Source of the DNA: a virus
Lineage: Duplodnaviria; Caudoviricetes
Length of the DNA stretch: 59,073 nucleotides
Virus record (IMG/VR): IMGVR_UViG_3300034106_001917
Coordinates: 1-59,073 of that record
Reading direction: 5' to 3' (one strand)
Numbering within the stretch: the first letter of the stretch is position 1; each line of letters begins with the position of its first letter. The notes beneath the pieces are model-generated. The model was not told the DNA's origin. It worked only from the letters and a program-made list of their open reading frames with translations, and made no database searches. Both the position numbers and the translations under genes were made by a program. Positions 46,418 to 54,614 of the stretch are shown here, piece after piece.

Positions 46418-48205
46418 ATGTCAGTCGCCGATAAGTTACATCAACGACAAATGGCTCTGCGTAAGAAGTCGGGACTACCACATCCCGACTATTACAAAGA
46501 GTTGGGTCATTCTTACGGTATTTCTGATGACAAAGAGAGACTTGCAAAGCAGGCAGAAATCAAAAAGAAATACAAAGTTGAAGAAGTTGAACAACTTGAT
46601 GAGATGCCAGAGTCGAGCATGAAGACACGTGATGTTCATGCACATCTTCGTAAATCAGGTTGGACATTGAAGCGTACAGGTGGTGGACATGATGTATATG
46701 CTCATCCAAAGTCAAAAGAACACATTGCTGTTCCAAGACATAAACAACTCAAAGCACCATTGATTCGTGGTATTATGAAAGCATCAAGAGTCTCCGAAGA
46801 GACAGAGATTGATGAACAATTAGAAAAGAAAGGACGATTCGTGTCTGGACCAGTTAAAAAACCTTTTAAGTCTTCTACGATTGTTTCACCAATTAAAGAG
46901 GCAAAAGACCCACGTGAGTATGATTATGAGGGCGACATGGCAATGTCACAACTTCGTTCACTAGTTTTCAATGCAGAAGACTTGATTGAAATGATGGATG
47001 AAAATACAAATCTTCCTGAGTGGGTACAATCAAAGATTACACTTGCTGAAGATTATATCTCTACAGCAGCAAACTATCTGCGTGGCGAATTGACCGAAGC
47101 AGCAAATCCCGCACAACAAGCAGCGATTGCAATCAACATGAAGAAAAAAGGTATCAAGCCTAAAAACGAAGAAGTTGAACATCTTGATGAGATTAGTTCT
47201 GATACAGCTAAATCATATCTTGACAAGGTTCGATTTAAGCAGGCAAAAAGAGCAGTAAAGGCAAACATAGGCGCACCAAGAGAAAAGCCATTGGCTGCTG
47301 CTGCTCTTGACAGAACAGCCAAGAGTATGGAACTTGCTCGTAAGCGTGTAAAAGAAGAAGTTGAACTTCAAGAAGGTCGCCCATCACAGCGTCATCCACT
47401 AGAAGGTCACGATTATCACAAGAAATCCAATGAAGCGTTAGTTCATATTGCCAAAGATGCTCATGAAGCAGCAGAAGCAATGAAGAGTCATAATACAACA
47501 GCAGAAAACAAATATCGTGATCAAGCAAATGATTCTGCAACTGTAAGACACTGGAGAAAAAAGAATGGTATGCCTGATTGGTATAAAAAGAAGTATGGGC
47601 ATGTCAACGAAGAATTTGAACTTGATGAGGGTATGGAAGGTGGAACATATGTGCGCCGAGACTTATCAGGTAGACCTATTGCTCCAAAATCAACTCTGTC
47701 ATTCAGAAAATATGCTGTTAAATCTGACGGAACTCAAGGTAAAGAACTTAAAGTTGGTACTTTGACACCATACACAGATAAAGAAAAAAGAGAAAGAGAT
47801 AGTGAAGAGGTACGCTCTGGGCACATTTCGGCAGATAAGTATAAAGAACACATGAAAAAGTATGGTCATCTTTACAAGAAAGAAGAATTTGAGTACCTTG
47901 AAGAGAAGAATGAACCAACCAATCCAGCACTTTGGTCAAAAGCAAAATCATTAGCACGTTCTAAGTTTGATGTATATCCATCAGCATACGCCAACGGTTG
48001 GGCCGCAAAGTGGTACAAGTCAAAAGGTGGTGGTTGGAAGACTGTAAGTGAAGATGTTGATGATCCAAGTGCAGCAGCAAGAACTCTGTCACGCAAGGCT
48101 CAGATTGTTAAAGATGCTGCAAAAGGAAAAAAACAAGAACAAGAACAGGCATCGGATAAGTTTCAAAAAGACCCCGAATTGTCTAGCGATATACAGAAAA
48201 CATAA
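46418..48205 (+). CDS. Modular polyprotein with a HicA-like domain, putative internal head protein
   Basis: aa 68-125 read LRKSGW.LKRTGGGHDVYAHP...IAVPRH...LIRGIMK; repeated EE(V/F)ExLDE linkers. Confidence 0.75.
   Translation: MSVADKLHQRQMALRKKSGLPHPDYYKELGHSYGISDDKERLAKQAEIKKKYKVEEVEQLDEMPESSMKTRDVHAHLRKSGWTLKRTGGGHDVYAHPKSKEHIAVPRHKQLKAPLIRGIMKASRVSEETEIDEQLEKKGRFVSGPVKKPFKSSTIVSPIKEAKDPREYDYEGDMAMSQLRSLVFNAEDLIEMMDENTNLPEWVQSKITLAEDYISTAANYLRGELTEAANPAQQAAIAINMKKKGIKPKNEEVEHLDEISSDTAKSYLDKVRFKQAKRAVKANIGAPREKPLAAAALDRTAKSMELARKRVKEEVELQEGRPSQRHPLEGHDYHKKSNEALVHIAKDAHEAAEAMKSHNTTAENKYRDQANDSATVRHWRKKNGMPDWYKKKYGHVNEEFELDEGMEGGTYVRRDLSGRPIAPKSTLSFRKYAVKSDGTQGKELKVGTLTPYTDKEKRERDSEEVRSGHISADKYKEHMKKYGHLYKKEEFEYLEEKNEPTNPALWSKAKSLARSKFDVYPSAYANGWAAKWYKSKGGGWKTVSEDVDDPSAAARTLSRKAQIVKDAAKGKKQEQEQASDKFQKDPELSSDIQKT
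46580..47905 (+). repeat. Dispersed in-frame linker repeats GAAGAA(G/T)TTGA...(G/C)A(T/A)GA(G/A)
   Basis: Copies at 46580-46605 and 47168-47193 (25/26 identical), with variants at 47354, 47609 and 47882. Confidence 0.7.
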
Positions 48206-48208
48206 ATA
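48201..48208 (+). promoter_or_regulatory. Late-promoter-like motif
   Basis: CATAAATA about 30 nt before the 48238 ATG. Confidence 0.6.
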
Positions 48209-48237
48209 ACTAATCAAAGATTTATAGGAGAAAACTC

Positions 48238-48606
48238 ATGTCACTATGGGGTAATTTAGATGCTGCTAACAATGCGCCAATTTTTGGTCCTACTGGTGGA
48301 ATTGGATTAACAGCAAACACGCAAGCACTTTATGGTAACACAACCTTTGCGACAACAGACAGTGATTTAGGTCGCTCTGGTCAAGCAATTGGCGTTTTTG
48401 GTGTTGATGCAGCAGAAGCAGCGAACACAGTAAGCACCGCAAATACAGCAGGCGCACATGCCGGTTGGATTCTGAGAAAAGAAGGTACAGGTGGTCGTGC
48501 TGGTCGCATTCAAACCGAAACTTTAGTTGCTATGGGTTCCATGTACGGTGATCCAGATACAACTGGAGCCGGCGATGGTGGTGAAGACGCTACACTTGAA
48601 CCTTAA
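48238..48606 (+). CDS. Putative virion structural protein
   Basis: MSLWG...FGVD..E...HAGW...GGRAGRIQ.ETLVAM; SD AGGAG; late motif upstream and terminator downstream. Confidence 0.7.
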   Translation: MSLWGNLDAANNAPIFGPTGGIGLTANTQALYGNTTFATTDSDLGRSGQAIGVFGVDAAEAANTVSTANTAGAHAGWILRKEGTGGRAGRIQTETLVAMGSMYGDPDTTGAGDGGEDATLEP

Positions 48607-48615
48607 CTGATTGAA

Positions 48616-48644
48616 GCGGCTGGCTTCGGTCAGCCGCATTTATT
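48616..48644 (+). terminator. Intrinsic terminator (UUCG loop)
   Basis: GCGGCTGGC-TTCG-GTCAGCCGC followed by ATTTATT. Confidence 0.75.
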
Positions 48645-49037
48645 ATGTCTTTTGAGAATCTAACCGATGATAATATAATGTTGTACGCTGCCAAGGCCTA
48701 TGATAGGCCTAATTGCGTTATGAGTGAATTCACTGAAGACATGAAACGATTGAATTATCTCAAACGATTGTTCAGGCGTTATCAAAAACATGGTGAAATG
48801 CGTGAGCGTCTGATACTCAATCACATTGTAGTTCTATACAATATTTTTGGTCCAGAAGTGTCAACAAGAATATTGTTTTACAATACAAATAAAGAAGACT
48901 ATAGTATACTGAAAACATACTTGTTGTTTTTGAATCTTATGCCAGAAAAAGTTCGTGGCATCAACGGCACAGACATTATATCATCAGAAATACCAGTTGA
49001 TATGAATGTCGCAGAAGTTCTAAGAAATCTAAAATGA
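48645..49037 (+). CDS. Conserved T4-like phage hypothetical protein
   Basis: YAAKAYD.P.C..EF.ED.KR..YLKRL...ERLILNHI. Confidence 0.75.
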   Translation: MSFENLTDDNIMLYAAKAYDRPNCVMSEFTEDMKRLNYLKRLFRRYQKHGEMRERLILNHIVVLYNIFGPEVSTRILFYNTNKEDYSILKTYLLFLNLMPEKVRGINGTDIISSEIPVDMNVAEVLRNLK

Positions 49038-49750
49038 TAATTGGACCAGGCATAACAATCACTGGCGGCATCTATGTTGATTCACAGATACCGATTAGTG
49101 GTGTTTATACGCTAAACACCGGAACAAAAGCACCAGTTCTTGGTGCTGGTGCCCAAAGTCCTTTTCCTGCGTCTGGTTGGACATCTATCATATCCGCAAC
49201 AGGTGATGATGCGAACACAAACGTATCACTTCCATTTACTTGGACATATAATAATACAGGCTATACAAACTTCTTTCCCAATTCAAATTATTATGTAACA
49301 TTTGGTTTGGGTTCAACTGTGTTCAATAGTTTGAGTGCAAGCAACCCAGCACTCAATAAAATATTTTTTGCTGGTGCTGACAACTCTTGGCAGAGAGTCT
49401 CAACCATTGTTTCGGGTACAGATTATAGAAGGTTACGTTGGGAAGGCACAGCCTCTACTTCTGGCACACCTGGCAACCCAAACATGGTTTATGAATTGAC
49501 ATTCTTCAATCCAAGTTTGACTGGTGGTAATCCGTGGCTTGAATTACTTGTTGGTGTACAAGCAAGAGGAAATTCAAATCCTGCTGTTATTTCAGGTCTA
49601 TATGGTCAAGCCGCAAAACTGACAGGTGGCGATTTGGGTCCATCAAATCGTGGTGTGACTGCCAATCAGAGTTATGTTATGGTGGGAAATAGCACAGGAA
49701 CATCATGGACTGTATATACTGGCTATAATGTTGGTGGTACAGGGTACTAA
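49034..49750 (+). CDS. Putative virion-associated/adhesin-like protein
   Basis: G/T/S/N-rich composition; N-terminus MIIGPGITITGG. Confidence 0.6.
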   Translation: MIIGPGITITGGIYVDSQIPISGVYTLNTGTKAPVLGAGAQSPFPASGWTSIISATGDDANTNVSLPFTWTYNNTGYTNFFPNSNYYVTFGLGSTVFNSLSASNPALNKIFFAGADNSWQRVSTIVSGTDYRRLRWEGTASTSGTPGNPNMVYELTFFNPSLTGGNPWLELLVGVQARGNSNPAVISGLYGQAAKLTGGDLGPSNRGVTANQSYVMVGNSTGTSWTVYTGYNVGGTGY

Positions 49751-49754
49751 TACA

Positions 49755-49762
49755 TATAAATA
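49755..49762 (+). promoter_or_regulatory. T4-type late promoter
   Basis: TATAAATA 5 nt before the 49768 ATG, heading the lysis cluster. Confidence 0.7.
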
Positions 49763-49767
49763 GAACT

Positions 49768-50001
49768 ATGTCAAACGAATTCAAAAAAGAATGTGGTCAA
49801 GGTTATTATTGGTGTAGCACTGATAAAACCTGTAAGCCACTCAAAGAAGATGCTGGTGCTATGGGTGCGCCGGCGAACGCCGTAGGTGGTGGAGCTATTG
49901 CTGGTCTTGGCGTAGGACCACAAGGTGAACCTGGCGTAAAGAAACGCAAAACTGCAACATTCATCTCATTCATAAAGAGAAAGTCAAATGTGGCTTCTTA
50001 G
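49768..50001 (+). CDS. Hypothetical protein
   Basis: CxxGYYWC...C module, LKE|D, then APAN.VG.G.IAG...EPGV. Confidence 0.65.
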   Translation: MSNEFKKECGQGYYWCSTDKTCKPLKEDAGAMGAPANAVGGGAIAGLGVGPQGEPGVKKRKTATFISFIKRKSNVAS

Positions 50002-50425
50002 TTTTTTGCCATCAGGCTTTCTTTTATTCATTATCAACACAGTTTTAGTTTGTGGTGTTATCGGCACCATTTTAGGTTTTGTAGGTAGCAGATTGCTATT
50101 CATTAGCAGCTATGCTAACATTATCAAATATGTTTCCATAGCACTGCTCTGTATCGGTATATACTGGAAAGGAGGCTATAGCGTCGAGCAAGAGTGGCGT
50201 CAACGAGTGGCTGAACTAGAGGAGAAAGTGAAAGATGCAGAAAAGAAATCACAGCAGACAAATGTTGTTATTGAAACGCAGATCAGAGAGAGAACAAAGA
50301 GAGTCGTTGAAAAACGAGAGATTGTTGTCCAAAAGATTAAAGAAGTGGAAAAAGTTATTGATGCGAAATGCGAACTTGATCCCAACGTAATAAGTATTTT
50401 GAACGAAGCAGCCAAGAAGCCATGA
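49988..50425 (+). CDS. Inner-membrane spanin (Rz-like)
   Basis: N-terminal TM helices, a coiled coil and a C-terminal Cys; overlaps a lipoprotein gene. Confidence 0.7.
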   Translation: MWLLSFLPSGFLLFIINTVLVCGVIGTILGFVGSRLLFISSYANIIKYVSIALLCIGIYWKGGYSVEQEWRQRVAELEEKVKDAEKKSQQTNVVIETQIRERTKRVVEKREIVVQKIKEVEKVIDAKCELDPNVISILNEAAKKP

Positions 50426-50682
50426 AAAAATTACTTATAGTTTTATTGCTGAGTGGCTGTAGTACAACAGTACCAGTGGCTCGCAAGTTTCCCGAAATGC
50501 CAGAATCATTAGGGAGACCTTGCCCGCCACTGACGCAAGTGCAAGAAGGCACGACCAAACTGAGTGAAGTGATTACGGTCGTATCTGATAACTACATGGA
50601 GTATCATAAGTGTAGTGACAAAGTTGACATGTGGATAGAATGGTATAGATTACAAAAGGAGATTTTTGATTCCGTAAAATAA
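50422..50682 (+). CDS. Outer-membrane spanin lipoprotein (Rz1-like)
   Basis: MKKLLIVLLLSGC lipobox; Pro-rich FPEMPESL..PCPPL...NY..YH.C. Confidence 0.75.
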   Translation: MKKLLIVLLLSGCSTTVPVARKFPEMPESLGRPCPPLTQVQEGTTKLSEVITVVSDNYMEYHKCSDKVDMWIEWYRLQKEIFDSVK

Positions 50683-50697
50683 TACCTGAGGATACAC

Positions 50698-51315
50698 ATG
50701 GAACTCACAAAAGAACAATTAAAACAATTACTACCAAAAAACCCATACATTGATCAGTGGCACAAAGCATTAAGCCAATTACTTCCAGATTATGAAATCA
50801 ATACTCCACAGCGTATTGCTGCATTTATTGCACAGTGCGCTCATGAGTCTGGTGGTTTTGTTTTTCTTACAGAGAATCTGAACTACAAAGCCGAGAGCCT
50901 AACAAAGTTGTTTGGAAAATATTTTCCTAACTTGGCTGTCGCTAAAGAATACGAAAGAAAACCAGAGAAGATTGCCAATCGCATTTATGCCAATCGTATG
51001 GGCAATGGCGACGAAGCATCTGGTGACGGCTACAAATATCGTGGTCGTGGACTGATTCAGTTGACTGGCAAAACAAATTATACTTGGTTTGCCGCATCAC
51101 TTGAAATTTCTCCAGAAGAAGCAGCAGAATATACGCAAACATTCGAAGGCGCTGCACAATCTGCATGTTGGTTTTGGGAAACAAACAAAATCAATGCATT
51201 CGCAGATAAGGGTGATATTCTTGGTATGACCAAGAGAATCAATGGTGGAACCATAGGACTTGAAGATCGTAAGAAACATTATGAACACGCCCTTCATGTT
51301 CTAGGAGTTCACTAA
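50698..51315 (+). CDS. Glycoside hydrolase family 19 endolysin
   Basis: AAFIAQCAHESGGF..L.ENLNY, YRGRGLIQLTGK.NY, TKRINGG..GL.DR. Confidence 0.92.
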   Translation: MELTKEQLKQLLPKNPYIDQWHKALSQLLPDYEINTPQRIAAFIAQCAHESGGFVFLTENLNYKAESLTKLFGKYFPNLAVAKEYERKPEKIANRIYANRMGNGDEASGDGYKYRGRGLIQLTGKTNYTWFAASLEISPEEAAEYTQTFEGAAQSACWFWETNKINAFADKGDILGMTKRINGGTIGLEDRKKHYEHALHVLGVH

Positions 51316-51539
51316 TGAGATATCTGGTACTATTACTATTACCATTGTTAGTTGCTTGTCAGGAAAACTATCGTTATCCTTGCCAAGACCCAGAGAACTG
51401 GGATACAAAACAATGTAAAAAACCCTATTGTAGCGCAAACGGGACTTGTCCAGAAGACTTGACACATTACGAAAAGAATAAAATTGGTCAGCCTTCAGCA
51501 CAAATGCAACAAGTGCCATTTAGAGGAGATTGCAGATGA
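51315..51539 (+). CDS. Small Cys-rich lipoprotein
   Basis: LLLLPLLVAC lipobox; YRYPCQDP.NW...C..P.C...G.CP. Confidence 0.75.
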   Translation: MRYLVLLLLPLLVACQENYRYPCQDPENWDTKQCKKPYCSANGTCPEDLTHYEKNKIGQPSAQMQQVPFRGDCR

Positions 51540-52018
51540 TAAAGGAATTATGGTCAGGAGAAAGATATACAACTGAAGAACTGAATGCACGACTCAAGTT
51601 TTTCATCGGTATTATTTTAGGTCTTACACTGTTTGGTATTGTATTTGTTGTTTTGTACAGTTTGATTTTTGTCACTCAGCCAATGAATGGCATGAGTCCT
51701 GTAGACAACAAATTTTTTGAATTGATTATTCCAATTGCTACATTCTTGACTGGTACGCTGTCAGGTATTATGTTAGCAGGTGATGATAAAGAGTTGAGAG
51801 CAAAGGCACTTGAAGCAGCAAACAAGCCACCGCCACCATCTCCACCACCAGCGCCAGTAAGTTCGATGGGCTTTAGTTCACCAATGAGCATGGCTGGGTT
51901 TGCAGCACCAATGGGTATGTCTGCTGGATTTGATGCATTTGCATCATTTGCACCAACAGTAGCAACAGGTTTTGGTGGTAAAGAAGCACCAGCACAGCCA
52001 CCACATCCAGAACTGTGA
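51536..52018 (+). CDS. Two-TM membrane protein with Pro-rich tail (holin candidate)
   Basis: Two hydrophobic helices, PPPPSPPPAP; SD GAGGAG. Confidence 0.65.
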   Translation: MIKELWSGERYTTEELNARLKFFIGIILGLTLFGIVFVVLYSLIFVTQPMNGMSPVDNKFFELIIPIATFLTGTLSGIMLAGDDKELRAKALEAANKPPPPSPPPAPVSSMGFSSPMSMAGFAAPMGMSAGFDAFASFAPTVATGFGGKEAPAQPPHPEL

Positions 52019-52242
52019 AAAAATTTATGATACAAATGCTCACCGCTGAAGGTGAGCAACAGCCTAGCAGCAAAAGGTTCATTACTTTTTTGGCGTTTCT
52101 TTTGCTTGCTACTGGCTTCATTGCCGAATTGTTTTTTGAAAAGAAATTGAATCCACAGACACTTGATGTTATAATGTATGTTGTGCTTGGTGGATTGGGA
52201 TTTACCGCAACCGAAAAATTTGTTTCGAAGGAAGAAAAATGA
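52015..52242 (+). CDS. Small two-TM membrane protein (holin-like)
   Basis: SSKRFITFLAF...GLGFTATEKF; inside the lysis cluster. Confidence 0.6.
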   Translation: MKKFMIQMLTAEGEQQPSSKRFITFLAFLLLATGFIAELFFEKKLNPQTLDVIMYVVLGGLGFTATEKFVSKEEK

Positions 52243-52436
52243 AAAAAGAAATAGCATTTATCTCAATGATTTTGTTTCTGCTTTTTGCACCACTGACCAA
52301 CGCTGCGTTTGCCGCTGAAGAAAAGAAAGTATGTGTCAAAGAGTTTGACAACAAAACTAAAAAAGAAAAAGAAGTTTGTAAAACAATCAAAGTGCATAAG
52401 AAATTAGAAGGCACAAAGATTCCAGAGAAGAAATAA
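52239..52436 (+). CDS. Small secreted protein
   Basis: Signal peptide ending AFA|A; KKVC...EVCK Cys pair. Confidence 0.65.
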   Translation: MKKEIAFISMILFLLFAPLTNAAFAAEEKKVCVKEFDNKTKKEKEVCKTIKVHKKLEGTKIPEKK

Positions 52437-52437
52437 A

Positions 52438-52866
52438 ATGGACGGAGAAGTAGCACTCAAAGTGGAAGTTGGCGTTCTCAAAGAAAAAGTCTATACGCTT
52501 GTAGACCTTTGTGAGAAGATGGACCGTGTTATTGAGAAACTTACGGACAATAACGCTACCGTGGTCAACCAAATTTACAACGACATGGAAAAAAGAAGAG
52601 AAGATACCGCAAGTGATATCAAAGAACTCCATTCAAGAATAACTACCGTGGACAGAAATCTATCAGATAAGATTGAACTGACTGAACGTAGAATTATGGA
52701 TGAAATCAAATCACTCCGTGATCATATTACCGAACACAATCAAAAAGAAGATGATGACCTAAAGTCGTTGATGCAGTGGAAGTGGATGGTTGCCGGTGGT
52801 GTTGTCGTTGTTGCATGGGTTATTTCTAACATAAAATTTGAATATCTGGCAAAATTTTTTAGTTGA
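52438..52866 (+). CDS. Coiled-coil protein with C-terminal TM anchor
   Basis: Heptad-rich body followed by WKWMVAGGVVVVAWVI. Confidence 0.7.
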   Translation: MDGEVALKVEVGVLKEKVYTLVDLCEKMDRVIEKLTDNNATVVNQIYNDMEKRREDTASDIKELHSRITTVDRNLSDKIELTERRIMDEIKSLRDHITEHNQKEDDDLKSLMQWKWMVAGGVVVVAWVISNIKFEYLAKFFS

Positions 52867-52895
52867 TTGCTTTTTGTGAGTAGTAATGTTATAAT
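52867..52895 (+). promoter_or_regulatory. sigma70-type promoter with extended -10; likely leaderless primase mRNA
   Basis: TTGCTT-17 bp-TATAAT with TGn; ATG 7 nt after the -10 and no SD. Confidence 0.65.
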
Positions 52896-52901
52896 GAGTT
52901 T

Positions 52902-53951
52902 ATGGCCTTATACATTGATGCGAAATATGTGAGAATGGTTTCTTCCCGCTTGCGTAACTTCAAGCAGAAGAATACTAACTTGTGGAATTTTTCATGCCCT
53001 TATTGTGGCGATTCCAAAACGAACACACTCAAAGCCCGAGGCTATGTATTTGCCAAGGGCAATGATTTATTTTACCGTTGTCATAACTGTGGAGTAGGAA
53101 CAAATGTCGCCAATTTCCTCAAGCACATCGACCCATCCTTACATGGAGAGTATGTACTCGAAAAATACAAGTCGGGCACAACCGGAGTTGCCAACACGTA
53201 TCACAGAAAGAGTGAAGTATCACCACGAATCGTCACCAACCCACCCAAATTTGGTCACATCAAAAAGCGCAGCATATTTGAACATGGGGAATGGCTCAGT
53301 AGTTTACCAAGTGGACATTTTTGTCTAACATATGCAGAAAATCGGCTAATCCCCGAAGAACATTATGATAAGTTGTTGTTCACTTCAAACTATAAAGCAT
53401 TTTGTGATGCGCTAATTCCAAATCACGATAAAAATCTAGTTGAAGACGCTAGACTAGTTATACCGTATTTCAATTATCAGAACGAACTCATTGCAGTGAG
53501 TGGTCGTGCATTAGAGACAAGCGACCGCACACTACGCTATGTTACATTGAGAACAAATGATTCTGATAATAAGCTTGTTTATGGTATGGATCGTCTGAAT
53601 CTGAAGGAGCGTGTGTATCTTGTTGAAGGTCCACTAGATAGTTTGTTTCTGAAGAATTGTGTAGCGTCGGGTGATGCGAATTTATCTTTGACGGTGAAAA
53701 ATATTCAAGCAGAAAAAATTACGCTTGTATTTGACAATGAACCAAGAAATAAAGAAGTGTGTAAGTTGATTGAAAATGCTATCAAATCGAATCATAATGT
53801 TGTGATTTGGCCAGATAACATTGATGGTAAAGATATTAATGAGATGGTGTTGAATGGTTTTTCATCTGGCGAAATCCAAGAGATTATAGATAGTAATACA
53901 TTTTATGGTCTTGAAGCTATAGCCAAATTTACTTTTTGGAAGAAATTATGA
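52902..53951 (+). CDS. gp61: DNA primase gp61
   Basis: CPYCGDS...CHNCG zinc finger, RLVIP, VEGPLDSLF, FDNEPRN, KDINEM. Confidence 0.95.
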   Translation: MALYIDAKYVRMVSSRLRNFKQKNTNLWNFSCPYCGDSKTNTLKARGYVFAKGNDLFYRCHNCGVGTNVANFLKHIDPSLHGEYVLEKYKSGTTGVANTYHRKSEVSPRIVTNPPKFGHIKKRSIFEHGEWLSSLPSGHFCLTYAENRLIPEEHYDKLLFTSNYKAFCDALIPNHDKNLVEDARLVIPYFNYQNELIAVSGRALETSDRTLRYVTLRTNDSDNKLVYGMDRLNLKERVYLVEGPLDSLFLKNCVASGDANLSLTVKNIQAEKITLVFDNEPRNKEVCKLIENAIKSNHNVVIWPDNIDGKDINEMVLNGFSSGEIQEIIDSNTFYGLEAIAKFTFWKKL

Positions 53952-54601
53952 ATGTGAAGTTAGTTGGTGTAACCGCACCAATAAATGGTTACGGCTCTGC
54001 TGAAGATTTGATTGTACACATGGCACGTGTGTCAAATCCAAGCAATCAGGGAATGAACAGTGATCCCGCTAGATTGATTCGTTATCTTATCAAAAATCAA
54101 CATTGGTCACCATTTGAAATGGTCAGTGTCGTTATGGAAATAAACACTACACGTGACATTGCAAGACAAATCTTGCGACATCGTAGTTTTTCTTTTCAAG
54201 AGTTCAGCCAAAGATATGCTGATCCGACAAAAGATTTAGGCTTTGAACTACGAGAGGCAAGATTACAAGATACAAAGAATCGTCAAAACTCTATTGAGAC
54301 TGACGACAATGATTTGCAGTCGGAATGGAAAATAAAGCAAGTCAATCTGATTGCAGAAGTGAAAGCAGCATATGATTGGGCGATAACAAATGGTATCGCA
54401 AAAGAGCAGGCACGTGTAGTATTACCAGAAGGCAACACACAGTCACGTATGTACATGAACGGTACATTACGTAGTTGGATTCATTACTGTCAGTTGCGTA
54501 TGGAAAATGGCACACAAAAAGAACACATGGAAGTAGCACAAGCTTGTTGGAAAGTTATAGCAGATAAATTTCCAAATGTGGTAGTAGCACTAGAACAATA
54601 A
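53948..54601 (+). CDS. thyX: Flavin-dependent thymidylate synthase ThyX
   Basis: HWSPFE, RQILRHRSFSFQEFSQRY, ARVVLP, TQKEH. Confidence 0.96.
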   Translation: MNVKLVGVTAPINGYGSAEDLIVHMARVSNPSNQGMNSDPARLIRYLIKNQHWSPFEMVSVVMEINTTRDIARQILRHRSFSFQEFSQRYADPTKDLGFELREARLQDTKNRQNSIETDDNDLQSEWKIKQVNLIAEVKAAYDWAITNGIAKEQARVVLPEGNTQSRMYMNGTLRSWIHYCQLRMENGTQKEHMEVAQACWKVIADKFPNVVVALEQ

Positions 54602-54614
54602 CAATGGAGAAGAA

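Noticed and set aside
46580-47905. CRISPR-like array
   Set aside because: The repeats are degenerate, in-frame, irregularly spaced by hundreds of bases and encode peptide linkers; no cas genes.
52867-52895. T4 MotA-box middle promoter
   Set aside because: TTGCTT lies 17 bp from the -10, which is sigma70 -35 spacing rather than the shorter MotA spacing, and no motA is seen in the window.
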